From assembly GCF_016127575.1 (NCBI RefSeq), contig NZ_CP066019.1:510001-542000 (forward strand): DNA of 32,000 nucleotides, given 5' to 3'. Source of the DNA: Cupriavidus necator. GTDB taxonomy: Bacteria; Pseudomonadota; Gammaproteobacteria; Burkholderiales; Burkholderiaceae. Within the stretch, counting starts at the first letter, position 1, and every line of letters begins with the position of its first letter. Under the pieces are notes generated by a model, which saw only the letters and a list, made by a program, of their open reading frames with translations, had not been told where the DNA came from and ran no database searches. The position numbers and the translations under genes are program-made. Shown here in pieces: positions 16,944 to 24,318 of the stretch.

Positions 16944-17930
16944 ATGAACACACCTCATTCCCCGGCTAAGCCCCCCCTGTGGCACTGCGCACTTCTGGTC
17001 GGTATGCTGCTCTGGTCAGTGGTAGCCATCCCGGCACATGCCGGCGCACCCCAGGTCGGCGCGCAGGCGCCCGGCTACTACCGCATGAAGCTCGGCAAGT
17101 TCGAGATCACGGCGCTGTCGGACGGCACTGTCAACGTGCCGATCAGCAAGCTGCTCAAGCATGCGTTGCATGAGCACATTGCGTCGGTGCAGGCGCGCAA
17201 CTACCAGTCCACTCAGCCCGAGACCTCTGTCAATGCGTTCCTGGTCAACACCGGCCAGCACCTGGTGCTGGTCGATGCGGGCGCGGGCAGCCTGTTTGGC
17301 CCGGGCGTGGGCGGCAAGCTGCCGGACAACATCCGTGCGGCCGGCTACCAGCCGGAGCAGATCGATGCGGTGCTGCTGACCCACATCCACGTGGATCACT
17401 CCGGCGGGCTTGCCGTCGATGGCAAGGCCATATTCCCGAATGCCGTGGTCTACGTCGACCGCCGCGACGCTGAGTTCTGGCTGAATCCGGCCAACGCCGC
17501 CAGGGCGGCATCGGGCCAGCGGCACAACTTCGCGCAGGCGGAGGCAGTGTTCGCACCCTATCTGAAAGCCGACAAGGTCCGCAGCTTCGACGACGAGCAT
17601 GAGCTGTTTCCCGGCATCCGTCCGCTGCGCATGCCGGGCCATACGCCGGGCCACACGTTCTATGAGATCAGTAGCGAAGGACAGCGGCTGCAACTGTGGG
17701 GCGACACCATCCATGCGCAGCACCTGCAGTTCCCCGAGCCCGGCGTAGCCATCGATTTCGACGTGGATTCCACGGCCGCGGTGAAGATGCGCAAGCGCGC
17801 CATGGCGGATGCAGCGGCCAAGGGCTATTGGGTGGGCGCGGCGCATATCTCCTTCCCGGGTATCGGCCACGTGCGGCGCGAGGGCAAGGGGTTCGCGTGG
17901 GTGCCGGCCGAATACAGCATGGGGCGGTGA
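16944..17930 (+). CDS. Secreted MBL-fold metallo-hydrolase
   Basis: The signal peptide is LLVGMLLWSVVAIPAHA. The HxHxDH motif is LLTHIHVDHSGG, followed later by PGHTPGH. The start is the ATG at 16944; the track ORF begins at 16860. Confidence 0.8.
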   Translation: MNTPHSPAKPPLWHCALLVGMLLWSVVAIPAHAGAPQVGAQAPGYYRMKLGKFEITALSDGTVNVPISKLLKHALHEHIASVQARNYQSTQPETSVNAFLVNTGQHLVLVDAGAGSLFGPGVGGKLPDNIRAAGYQPEQIDAVLLTHIHVDHSGGLAVDGKAIFPNAVVYVDRRDAEFWLNPANAARAASGQRHNFAQAEAVFAPYLKADKVRSFDDEHELFPGIRPLRMPGHTPGHTFYEISSEGQRLQLWGDTIHAQHLQFPEPGVAIDFDVDSTAAVKMRKRAMADAAAKGYWVGAAHISFPGIGHVRREGKGFAWVPAEYSMGR

Positions 17931-18053
17931 GGCTGTCAATGCGATGGCTGTACCTGGCAAGTCGATGCGACTGCGCCTTGATCCTGCATGCTGCATGCAA
18001 GAGCCCGCCACGCCGAGGCACGACGGACTCCGCTCATCCCCGCAGGCAGGGCA

Positions 18054-20258
18054 TCAAACCACTCCCATCTCCGGATCGCTGACCGCGTCCTCGCCGGTCT
18101 CCATCCGCCCCGCAAGGCGCCGCGCGAACGACGGGCTGGCCTCGCAGGTCACGACGAAGTCATACCAGTTGCCGCTGTCGGCCACCGGCCATTCCAGCGT
18201 TTCCACCTTGCCCCGCTTCAGGCTTTGGGTCCACGGGCCGTCGTCGCGGTAGGCCAGCGCCGTGACGGTGAAGGTCACGTCGGCATCGCTGTCGTTATGC
18301 AGCTTCACCTGGATCGTGGGCTTCCTGCACGGGTTGTAGCAGACCTGGATTTCGGTGGACGTGGTCACCGCTTCGTTGATATCGCCGGAGAACGAGCGGT
18401 GATAGCCGTTGGGCCCCAGCACCCACAGGTCGTACTTGCCGCCGTCGGCATTGATGTTCCACACGTCGTCCAGCGTCTTGCCGGCTTCGACCACGTAGCG
18501 GCGCGGAATGCGGTCGAGGTGCAGCTTGTCATAGACGTGGAACAGCGCGCCGGCCTGGTTGGTGCTGGCGTTGGCGAACAGCAGGCGGACTGCCTTGGAT
18601 GCGGCATCGACGCGTGCACTGGTATGCAGTTCATATGGCAGCTTGCGCGACGGACGCGTGCCGGTGTCCTGCTCAGGCAGCGCGGGCGTGGCCGGCACCG
18701 GGATCGCCGGCTGGGTCTGCTGCCATGCGGTCAGGCTGGTGGCGTCGGCACGGGTGGTGCGGCCGGCCAGCGTGGGCAGGGTCTCGGTGTTGGGCGTGGC
18801 AAAGTTGAAGGCGCTGGTCAGGTCGCCGCAGATGGCACGACGATAGGCGCTGATCTGCGGCTCCATCACGCCGAAGCGCGCCTCCAGGAAGCGCAGCACC
18901 GAGGTGTGGTCGAACACTTCAGAGTTGACCCAGCCGCCGCGGCTCCACGGCGACACCACCCACAGCGGCACGCGCGGGCCGGGGCCGAAGGGCTTGCCGT
19001 CCTGCGGCGGCTGCTTGGCCGTGGCGGGCTGGAAGTTGAAGTACTCGTACGCCATCTGCGCGTCGTCGAGGGTCGACTTGCCGGCCAGCGTGCCGTCCAG
19101 GTTGCGCGACGGCGCGGTCGGCGGCGGGCTGTGGTCGAAGAAGCCGTCGTTCTCGTCGAAGTTGATCAGCAGCACGGTCTTGCTCCAGACCTCGGGCGAT
19201 GCCGTCAGCGCGTCCAGGATGGCCTGCACGTACCAGCCGCCCTTGGCCGGGCTGGACGGGCCGGGGTGCTCGCTGAACTCGGCCGGCGGGATGATCCACG
19301 ACACCTCGGGCAGCTTGCCGTTGAGCACGTCGTCGCGCAGCGACTGCAGGAAGCCGCCGTCGGACATGGTGTTGCAGAAGCCCTTGGCCAGCGGGCTGTA
19401 CTGGTCGTCGATGTCGGGGTTGTAGGGCGGGTTGACGCCGGTGCCGGCGGTGTTGGAGAGCTTGCGTCCGACGGGCATCTTCTCCATCTCTGCGCGCCAG
19501 TGCCGGAAGCTCATCATCTGGTTGCAGCCATAGTTGTCCGGCACGTTCTGGTAGACCTTCCAGCCCACGCCGGCGGCCTGCAGGCGGTCGGCATAGGTTT
19601 TCCAGGTCCAGCCTTCGGTGGAGGGGCCAACATCCGCGCCCGCGTTGAACTCGTTAATCATCACCGCGACGTTGTCGCCGGTGGGACCATTGCTGCCGGT
19701 CCAGTAGAACAGGCGGTTGGGAATGGTGCCGGTGTGCATCGCGCAGTGGTAGGCATCGCACAGCGTGAAGGCGTCAGCCAGCGCGCGCTGGAACGGGATC
19801 TCGGCGTCATCGTAGTAGCCCATCGACAGCGCTTTCTTCGCGACCGGCCAGCGGTCCATGCGCCCGTGGTCCCACGCGGCCTGCGCATCGGGCCAGGTGT
19901 GCGGCGTGCCGCCCGCGCGCTGCGCGTTGCCCTGGGTTTCGTCGAGATGGTAGGGCGTCAGGAGGTTGCCGTTGGCATCGGTCTGGTAGAACGCGTTCTT
20001 GCCATTGGGCAACGGGATCGCGAAGCGGTCGCCGTAGCCGCGCACGCCCTTGAAGGTGCCGAAGTAGTTGTCGAACGAGCGGTTTTCCAGCATCACCATC
20101 ACGACGTGCTTGACGTCCTGGATGGTGCCGGTGGCGTTGTTGGCCTCGATGGCGAGCGCGCGGCGGATGCTGGGCGGAAAGCTGGCCAGCACCGCGGCGG
20201 CGGCGCCGGTGCCGAGGCTGGTCTTGAGGAAATGTCGCTTAGACGGGTTGAAGGTCAT
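18054..20258 (-). CDS. plcN: Phosphocholine-specific (non-hemolytic) phospholipase C, Tat-exported
   Basis: The N-terminus is MTFNPSKRHFLKTSLGTGAAAAVLA (Tat-like). HVVMVMLENRSFDNYFGTFKGVRGYGD is the phosphoesterase-family signature. The length is 734 aa and the C-terminal region is consistent with DUF756 repeats. The start is the ATG at 20256-20258; the track ORF extends to 20375. Confidence 0.85.
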   Translation of the reverse strand: MTFNPSKRHFLKTSLGTGAAAAVLASFPPSIRRALAIEANNATGTIQDVKHVVMVMLENRSFDNYFGTFKGVRGYGDRFAIPLPNGKNAFYQTDANGNLLTPYHLDETQGNAQRAGGTPHTWPDAQAAWDHGRMDRWPVAKKALSMGYYDDAEIPFQRALADAFTLCDAYHCAMHTGTIPNRLFYWTGSNGPTGDNVAVMINEFNAGADVGPSTEGWTWKTYADRLQAAGVGWKVYQNVPDNYGCNQMMSFRHWRAEMEKMPVGRKLSNTAGTGVNPPYNPDIDDQYSPLAKGFCNTMSDGGFLQSLRDDVLNGKLPEVSWIIPPAEFSEHPGPSSPAKGGWYVQAILDALTASPEVWSKTVLLINFDENDGFFDHSPPPTAPSRNLDGTLAGKSTLDDAQMAYEYFNFQPATAKQPPQDGKPFGPGPRVPLWVVSPWSRGGWVNSEVFDHTSVLRFLEARFGVMEPQISAYRRAICGDLTSAFNFATPNTETLPTLAGRTTRADATSLTAWQQTQPAIPVPATPALPEQDTGTRPSRKLPYELHTSARVDAASKAVRLLFANASTNQAGALFHVYDKLHLDRIPRRYVVEAGKTLDDVWNINADGGKYDLWVLGPNGYHRSFSGDINEAVTTSTEIQVCYNPCRKPTIQVKLHNDSDADVTFTVTALAYRDDGPWTQSLKRGKVETLEWPVADSGNWYDFVVTCEASPSFARRLAGRMETGEDAVSDPEMGVV

Positions 20259-20304
20259 GGCTGTCGCTGGTCGGTCTGTCGCTGGATCGGAAAGCGGGCC
20301 CGCA

Positions 20305-20514
20305 TCACGGGGCGCAACGCGTGGTGCAGGTGCCGGGCTGGTCAGGCTTGCCTGGCTGGTCCGGCTTGGTGCCATTGGCGCCGCTGGGCTGGAGGGTGCC
20401 GCCCGTCGCGCCCGGCGAATCGTCGCCGCCGCAGGCGGTAAGCATCAGTGCGAGGGTGAGGGTGCCGGCCGCCAGCCATGGCCGGGCGGAACGCGACAGC
20501 AATGAAGGTCTCAT
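20305..20514 (-). CDS. Small putative lipoprotein (69 aa) upstream of plcN
   Basis: The signal peptide has a lipobox (LALMLTAC). The mature part is G/P/T/D-rich with a tandem KPDQPG-KPDQPG and a C-terminal CTTRC. Third codon positions are mostly G/C, as in neighbouring genes. It lies 46 nt upstream of plcN on the same strand. I recognise no homolog. Confidence 0.45.
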   Translation of the reverse strand: MRPSLLSRSARPWLAAGTLTLALMLTACGGDDSPGATGGTLQPSGANGTKPDQPGKPDQPGTCTTRCAP

Positions 20515-20860
20515 GTGTGCATGCCCTGTAGTCGTTGAGGGGGATAACGATTGCCGAGCCCATGCGCCGACATCGGATGCAGGCCCATGGACTTCCGCCG
20601 CGCGGACGACAAGCGCGGGGAACTGGCCGGTTCGGGTGCGGTTGGCCTTGGCTTGTCGTGACAGCGAGCGATTGTTGATTGGTCAAATGTCAGATGTTTG
20701 ACATCAAACACATTTGGCGATTTGGTTTTGTAACCAAAAGTGTCGCGCTGGCAGAGTTGGCAATTGCTGGCTGGCCCCGCCCGCTCTCAGTCAGGCTGGC
20801 GTGCGTGGGGCCCCATCGTGTGCACACAAGCGGCACCTGAACGCGATCGGGCGCGGCGCG

Positions 20861-20974
20861 CTGGATGCCGAGGCGCTGGCTGGCGACATCAGCCGGGCCA
20901 CCCAGTCGCAGGACATCCGCGAAGGCGCGCTGGCCTGGAAGGAAAAGCGCACGCCGCAGTTCACCGGCACCTGA
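20861..20974 (+). pseudogene. C-terminal remnant of an enoyl-CoA hydratase/crotonase-family gene
   Basis: LDAEALAGDISRATQSQDIREGALAWKEKRTPQFTGT* matches the characteristic crotonase C-terminus (..ED.REG..AF.EKR.P.F.G). The upstream part of the frame (from 20714) has no crotonase-like sequence, and about 220 aa of a normal enzyme are missing. Confidence 0.6.
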
Positions 20975-20980
20975 TGCAGC

Positions 20981-21871
20981 TTACTGCGCCTGCCGCATCA
21001 CCCATTCCACCGCCCGCGCCAGGAACGGTGACGTGTCGCCTTCGCGATAGCTCATGATCACCGGCGACACGAAGCCCGGCGCGTCGATCGGGCAGTAGCG
21101 CACGTCGTCACGATGCAGGCGCTGGATCGAGGCCGGCACCAGCGTGATGCCGATGCCGGCCGCCACCAGCCCCAGCGCGGTCTGCAGTTCGTTGGCCTCC
21201 TGCGCCACACGCAACTGCAGGCCCTGCGCGCGGAACATCGACAGCAGGTGGTCGGCATAGCTGGGCCGCGGCCGGGCCGGGTAAAGAATGAACGGCTGCG
21301 CCGCCAGCGCCTGTGGCGTCAGCGCCTTGCGGCGCGGCGCGGGCAGGCGTGCGGGCAGCGCTGCCACCAGTGGCTCGGCCATCACCACCTGCTGGCGGAT
21401 GGCGGGATCGTTCAGCGCGATGCGGCCGAAGCCCAGGTCGATGCGGCCGGCCTTGAGCGCCTCGATCTGCTCCACGGTGATCATCTCGGCCAGTCCTACC
21501 TCTACCTGCTGGTCGTGCCGGTCTGATTCGCGCAGTTCGCGGATCAGTTCCGGCAGCACGCCATACAGCACCGACGGCACGAAGCCGATGCCGAACCAGC
21601 GCTTGTCCTGCCGCCCGATGCGGCGCGTGCCTTCGATGGTTTCTTCCAGCCGCTGCGTCAGCTGGGTGGTCTGCTCCAGCAGGAAGCGGCCGGCCTCGGT
21701 CAGCCGCAGCCCGCGGCCGACGCGGTCGAACAGTGCCACGCCCACTTCTTCTTCCAGCTGGCGGATCTGGCGCGACAGCGGCGGCTGCGCCATATGCAGC
21801 CGCTCGGCGGCGCGGGTGACGTTGAGTTCCTGGGCCACGACCTGGAAATAACGCAGGTGCCGGAGTTCCAT
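20981..21871 (-). CDS. catR: LysR-family regulator of catechol ortho-cleavage genes (CatR/BenM type)
   Basis: MELRHLRYFQVVAQELNVTRAAERLHMAQPPLSRQIRQLEEEVGVALFDR. It is divergent from catB with an ATAC-N7-GTAT box between them. The start is the ATG at 21869-21871. Confidence 0.85.
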   Translation of the reverse strand: MELRHLRYFQVVAQELNVTRAAERLHMAQPPLSRQIRQLEEEVGVALFDRVGRGLRLTEAGRFLLEQTTQLTQRLEETIEGTRRIGRQDKRWFGIGFVPSVLYGVLPELIRELRESDRHDQQVEVGLAEMITVEQIEALKAGRIDLGFGRIALNDPAIRQQVVMAEPLVAALPARLPAPRRKALTPQALAAQPFILYPARPRPSYADHLLSMFRAQGLQLRVAQEANELQTALGLVAAGIGITLVPASIQRLHRDDVRYCPIDAPGFVSPVIMSYREGDTSPFLARAVEWVMRQAQ

Positions 21872-21885
21872 TGGTGTCCTGCTCC

Positions 21886-21900
21886 CATACCTGTAGGGTA
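21886..21900. promoter_or_regulatory. CatR/BenM-type recognition site ATAC-N7-GTAT in the catR-catB intergenic region
   Basis: ATACCTGTAGGGTAT at 21886-21900 is the classic LysR T-N11-A interrupted dyad. It lies 15 bp from the catR start and 84 bp upstream of catB. Confidence 0.65.
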
Positions 21901-21983
21901 TCGATTGAGACATCATCGGTCTTGGACGCCGGCAAAGTCAAGCCGCATACTTGGCTTCAATGATCAATTCGCATCGACAAGGT

Positions 21984-23102
21984 ATGACCACGACTATCAC
22001 TTCGGTGGAAGCCATCCTGGTGGACCTGCCCACCATCCGGGCACACCAGCTGGCCATGGCCACCATGCAGCAGCAGACGCTGGTGATCGTGCGGCTGCGC
22101 TGCAGCGACGGCGTGGAGGGCATCGGCGAGGCCACCACCATCGGCGGCCTGTCCTATGGCGACGAAAGTCCGGAAGGCATCAAGCTGACCATCGACACCT
22201 ACCTGGCCCCCGCGCTGGCTGGCCAGGATGCCACCAACGTGCATGGCGCGATGGCGCGCCTGGGCAAGGTCGCGCGCGGCAACCGCTTCGCCAAGTCAGC
22301 GCTGGAGACCGCGTTGCTGGATGCGCAGGGCAAGCGCCTGGGCGTGCCGCTGGCCACGCTGCTGGGGGGCGCGGTGCGCTCAACCCTGCCGGTGCTGTGG
22401 ACGCTTGCCAGCGGCGACACCGCCCGCGACATCGCCGAGGCCGAGCAACTGCTGGCCGAGCGCCGCCACCATACCTTCAAGCTGAAGATCGGCCGGCGCA
22501 GCGTGCGCGACGACGTGGCCCACGTGGCCGCGATCAAGCGCGCGCTGGGCGAGCGGGCGCGCGTCACCGTCGACGTCAACCAGGCCTGGAACGAGGCCGA
22601 CGCCGCCACCGGCATCGCCATGCTGGAAGCCGCCGGCATCGACCTGATCGAGCAGCCCACTCCGCGTGAGCAGCGCATGGCGCTGGCCCGGCTGGCCGCG
22701 CGCTTCGTGGTGCCGATCATGGCCGATGAAGCGGTGTGCGGCCCGGAGGACGCGATGGAACTGGCGCGCATCGGCGGCGCCGACGTGTTCGCGCTGAAGA
22801 TCGCCAAGGCCGGCGGCATCTTCGGCATGCTGCGCACCGCCGCGGTGGGCGACGCCGCCGGCATCGCGCTGTACGGCGGCACCATGCTGGAGGGCAGCGT
22901 CGGCACCATCGCCGCGGCGCATGGCTTCTGCACGCTGCCGCAGCTGGCCTGGGGCACCGAGCTGTTCGGACCGCTGCTGCTCAAGGACGATATCGTGCAG
23001 CAGCGCCCCGAGTACCGCGACTTCAGCCTGCACCTGCCTGAAGGCCCCGGCCTGGGGCTGGCGCTGGACGAAGACAAGCTGGCGCACTACCGGCGCGGCT
23101 GA
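21984..23102 (+). CDS. catB: Muconate cycloisomerase (enolase superfamily, MLE subgroup)
   Basis: MTTTITSVEAILVDLPTIRAHQLAMATMQQQTLVIVRLRCSDGVEGIGEATTIGGLSYG...FKLKIG...VDVNQAW...LIEQP is typical of CatB. The length is 372 aa. The start is the ATG at 21984. Confidence 0.9.
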   Translation: MTTTITSVEAILVDLPTIRAHQLAMATMQQQTLVIVRLRCSDGVEGIGEATTIGGLSYGDESPEGIKLTIDTYLAPALAGQDATNVHGAMARLGKVARGNRFAKSALETALLDAQGKRLGVPLATLLGGAVRSTLPVLWTLASGDTARDIAEAEQLLAERRHHTFKLKIGRRSVRDDVAHVAAIKRALGERARVTVDVNQAWNEADAATGIAMLEAAGIDLIEQPTPREQRMALARLAARFVVPIMADEAVCGPEDAMELARIGGADVFALKIAKAGGIFGMLRTAAVGDAAGIALYGGTMLEGSVGTIAAAHGFCTLPQLAWGTELFGPLLLKDDIVQQRPEYRDFSLHLPEGPGLGLALDEDKLAHYRRG

Positions 23103-23166
23103 ACTGGCAGGCAGCGCACCCCCCGCATGGCACACCGGTGCCTGCACGCATCAAGTGAGGAGACCA

Positions 23167-24162
23167 ATGAAGACGTTATTCCAGCGGCTGGCAAGCACCG
23201 GCCGCGCAGGGGCGCTGGCACTGGCTGCCGGCCTGTCGTTCGCAGCGCCGGCCGCGCACGCGGCCTATCCCGACCATCCGATCCGCTGGATCGTGCCGTT
23301 CCCCGCGGGCGGTGCCATGGACAATATCGCGCGCACGCTGGGCGAAGACATGTCGCGCACGCTGGGCCAGGCCATCGTGGTCGAGAACCGGCCGGGCGCC
23401 GGCGGCAATATCGGCGCCGAACTGGTGGCGCGCGCGCCCGCCGACGGCTACACGCTGATCATCGTTGCCAACGGCATGGCCGTGAACCCGGCGCTGTACG
23501 GCCGGCTGAGCTACGACCCGGTCAAGGACTTCGCGCCGGTGTCGCTGCTGGCGGTGGTGCCCAACGTGCTGGTGGCCAGCAAGGCGCGGCGCCAGGAAAG
23601 CACCGTCAAGGACGTGGTGGCGCACGCCAAGGCGGCGCCGGGCAAGTACACCTATGCCTCCGCGGGCAATGGCACCTCGATCCACCTGGCGGGCGAGCTG
23701 TTCACCTCGATGGCCGGCGTCGACATGCTGCATATCCCCTACAAGGGCAGCGGCCCGGCCATGACGGACCTGCTGGGCGGCCAGGTCGACTACATGTTCG
23801 ACAGCATCACCTCGGCCAGGCCGCATATCGAATCGGGCAAGCTGACGGCGATCGCGGTCACCACCAGCAAGCGCTCCAGCGCGCTGCCCAACGTGCCGAC
23901 GGTGGCGGAGGCCGGCCTGCCGGGCTATGAGCTGTCGCCGTGGTTCGCCGCCTTTGTGCCGGCGAAGACGCCGCAGCCGGTCATCGACACGCTCAACCGC
24001 GCCATGCTCGAGGCGCTGCGCAAGCCTGCGGTGCAGAAGCGGCTGGCGCTGATCGGCGCCGAGCCGATCGGCAGTTCGCCGGCGGTGCTGCGCGAGCACC
24101 TGGCGAAGGAAACCGACAAGTGGGGTGTGCTGATCCGCCAGCGGGGTATCCGGGCGGATTGA
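23167..24162 (+). CDS. Bug-family (TctC-like) substrate-binding protein
   Basis: The signal peptide ends AAPAAHA. It is followed by YPDHPIRWIVPFPAGGAMDNIARTL...IVVENRPGAGGNIG. GAGGAG precedes the ATG at 23167, 64 nt after the catB stop. Confidence 0.9.
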   Translation: MKTLFQRLASTGRAGALALAAGLSFAAPAAHAAYPDHPIRWIVPFPAGGAMDNIARTLGEDMSRTLGQAIVVENRPGAGGNIGAELVARAPADGYTLIIVANGMAVNPALYGRLSYDPVKDFAPVSLLAVVPNVLVASKARRQESTVKDVVAHAKAAPGKYTYASAGNGTSIHLAGELFTSMAGVDMLHIPYKGSGPAMTDLLGGQVDYMFDSITSARPHIESGKLTAIAVTTSKRSSALPNVPTVAEAGLPGYELSPWFAAFVPAKTPQPVIDTLNRAMLEALRKPAVQKRLALIGAEPIGSSPAVLREHLAKETDKWGVLIRQRGIRAD

Positions 24163-24195
24163 GCGGCCCGGACCAACGCGGTTCATAGGGAGACG

Positions 24196-24216
24196 CCCCC
24201 GGAAATGCTCCGGGGG
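24196..24216 (+). terminator. Hairpin after the Bug gene (possible terminator)
   Basis: cccccgga-aatgc-tccggggg forms an 8-bp perfect stem 34 nt after the stop. The T-tract is weak. Confidence 0.35.
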
Positions 24217-24318
24217 AATGTCATTGCCCTGCCCCCGTCTCCCTGGCACATAATGTGCGTAAGATGCCAGCCGAAAGGCACACTCGAGCGGATCACCCGC
24301 CGGCACTGAGGGGAGACA

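Noticed and set aside
15702-16985. N-terminally extended versions of several track ORFs (also 175..3432, 5213..7519, 18054..20375, 16860..17930, 21951..23102, 22921..24162 and 27165..28133)
   Set aside because: The extensions have non-coding-like composition and overlap upstream genes or promoters. Internal ATG codons with SD-like sequences give products that begin with proper signal peptides or conserved N-termini. The track also treats non-ATG codons as Met, for example TTG at 13145.
17988-20441. 817-aa plus-strand ORF
   Set aside because: It is antisense to the phospholipase C gene, which carries unmistakable family motifs. The product is Arg/Gly/Ala/Val-rich with no motifs.
20687-20704. 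Canonical PhoB Pho box upstream of plcN
   Set aside because: The TGTCA-type half-sites are present, but they are arranged as an inverted repeat (ATGTCA-N6-TGACAT) rather than the direct 7-bp repeats with 11-bp periodicity of true Pho boxes. I kept it only as a generic operator candidate in the findings.
20714-20974. 86-aa ORF as an intact small gene
   Set aside because: Only its last ~37 residues resemble anything (a crotonase C-terminus). The N-terminal part starts in the AT-rich regulatory-looking region and has Cys/Trp-rich nonsense composition. I called it a gene remnant instead.
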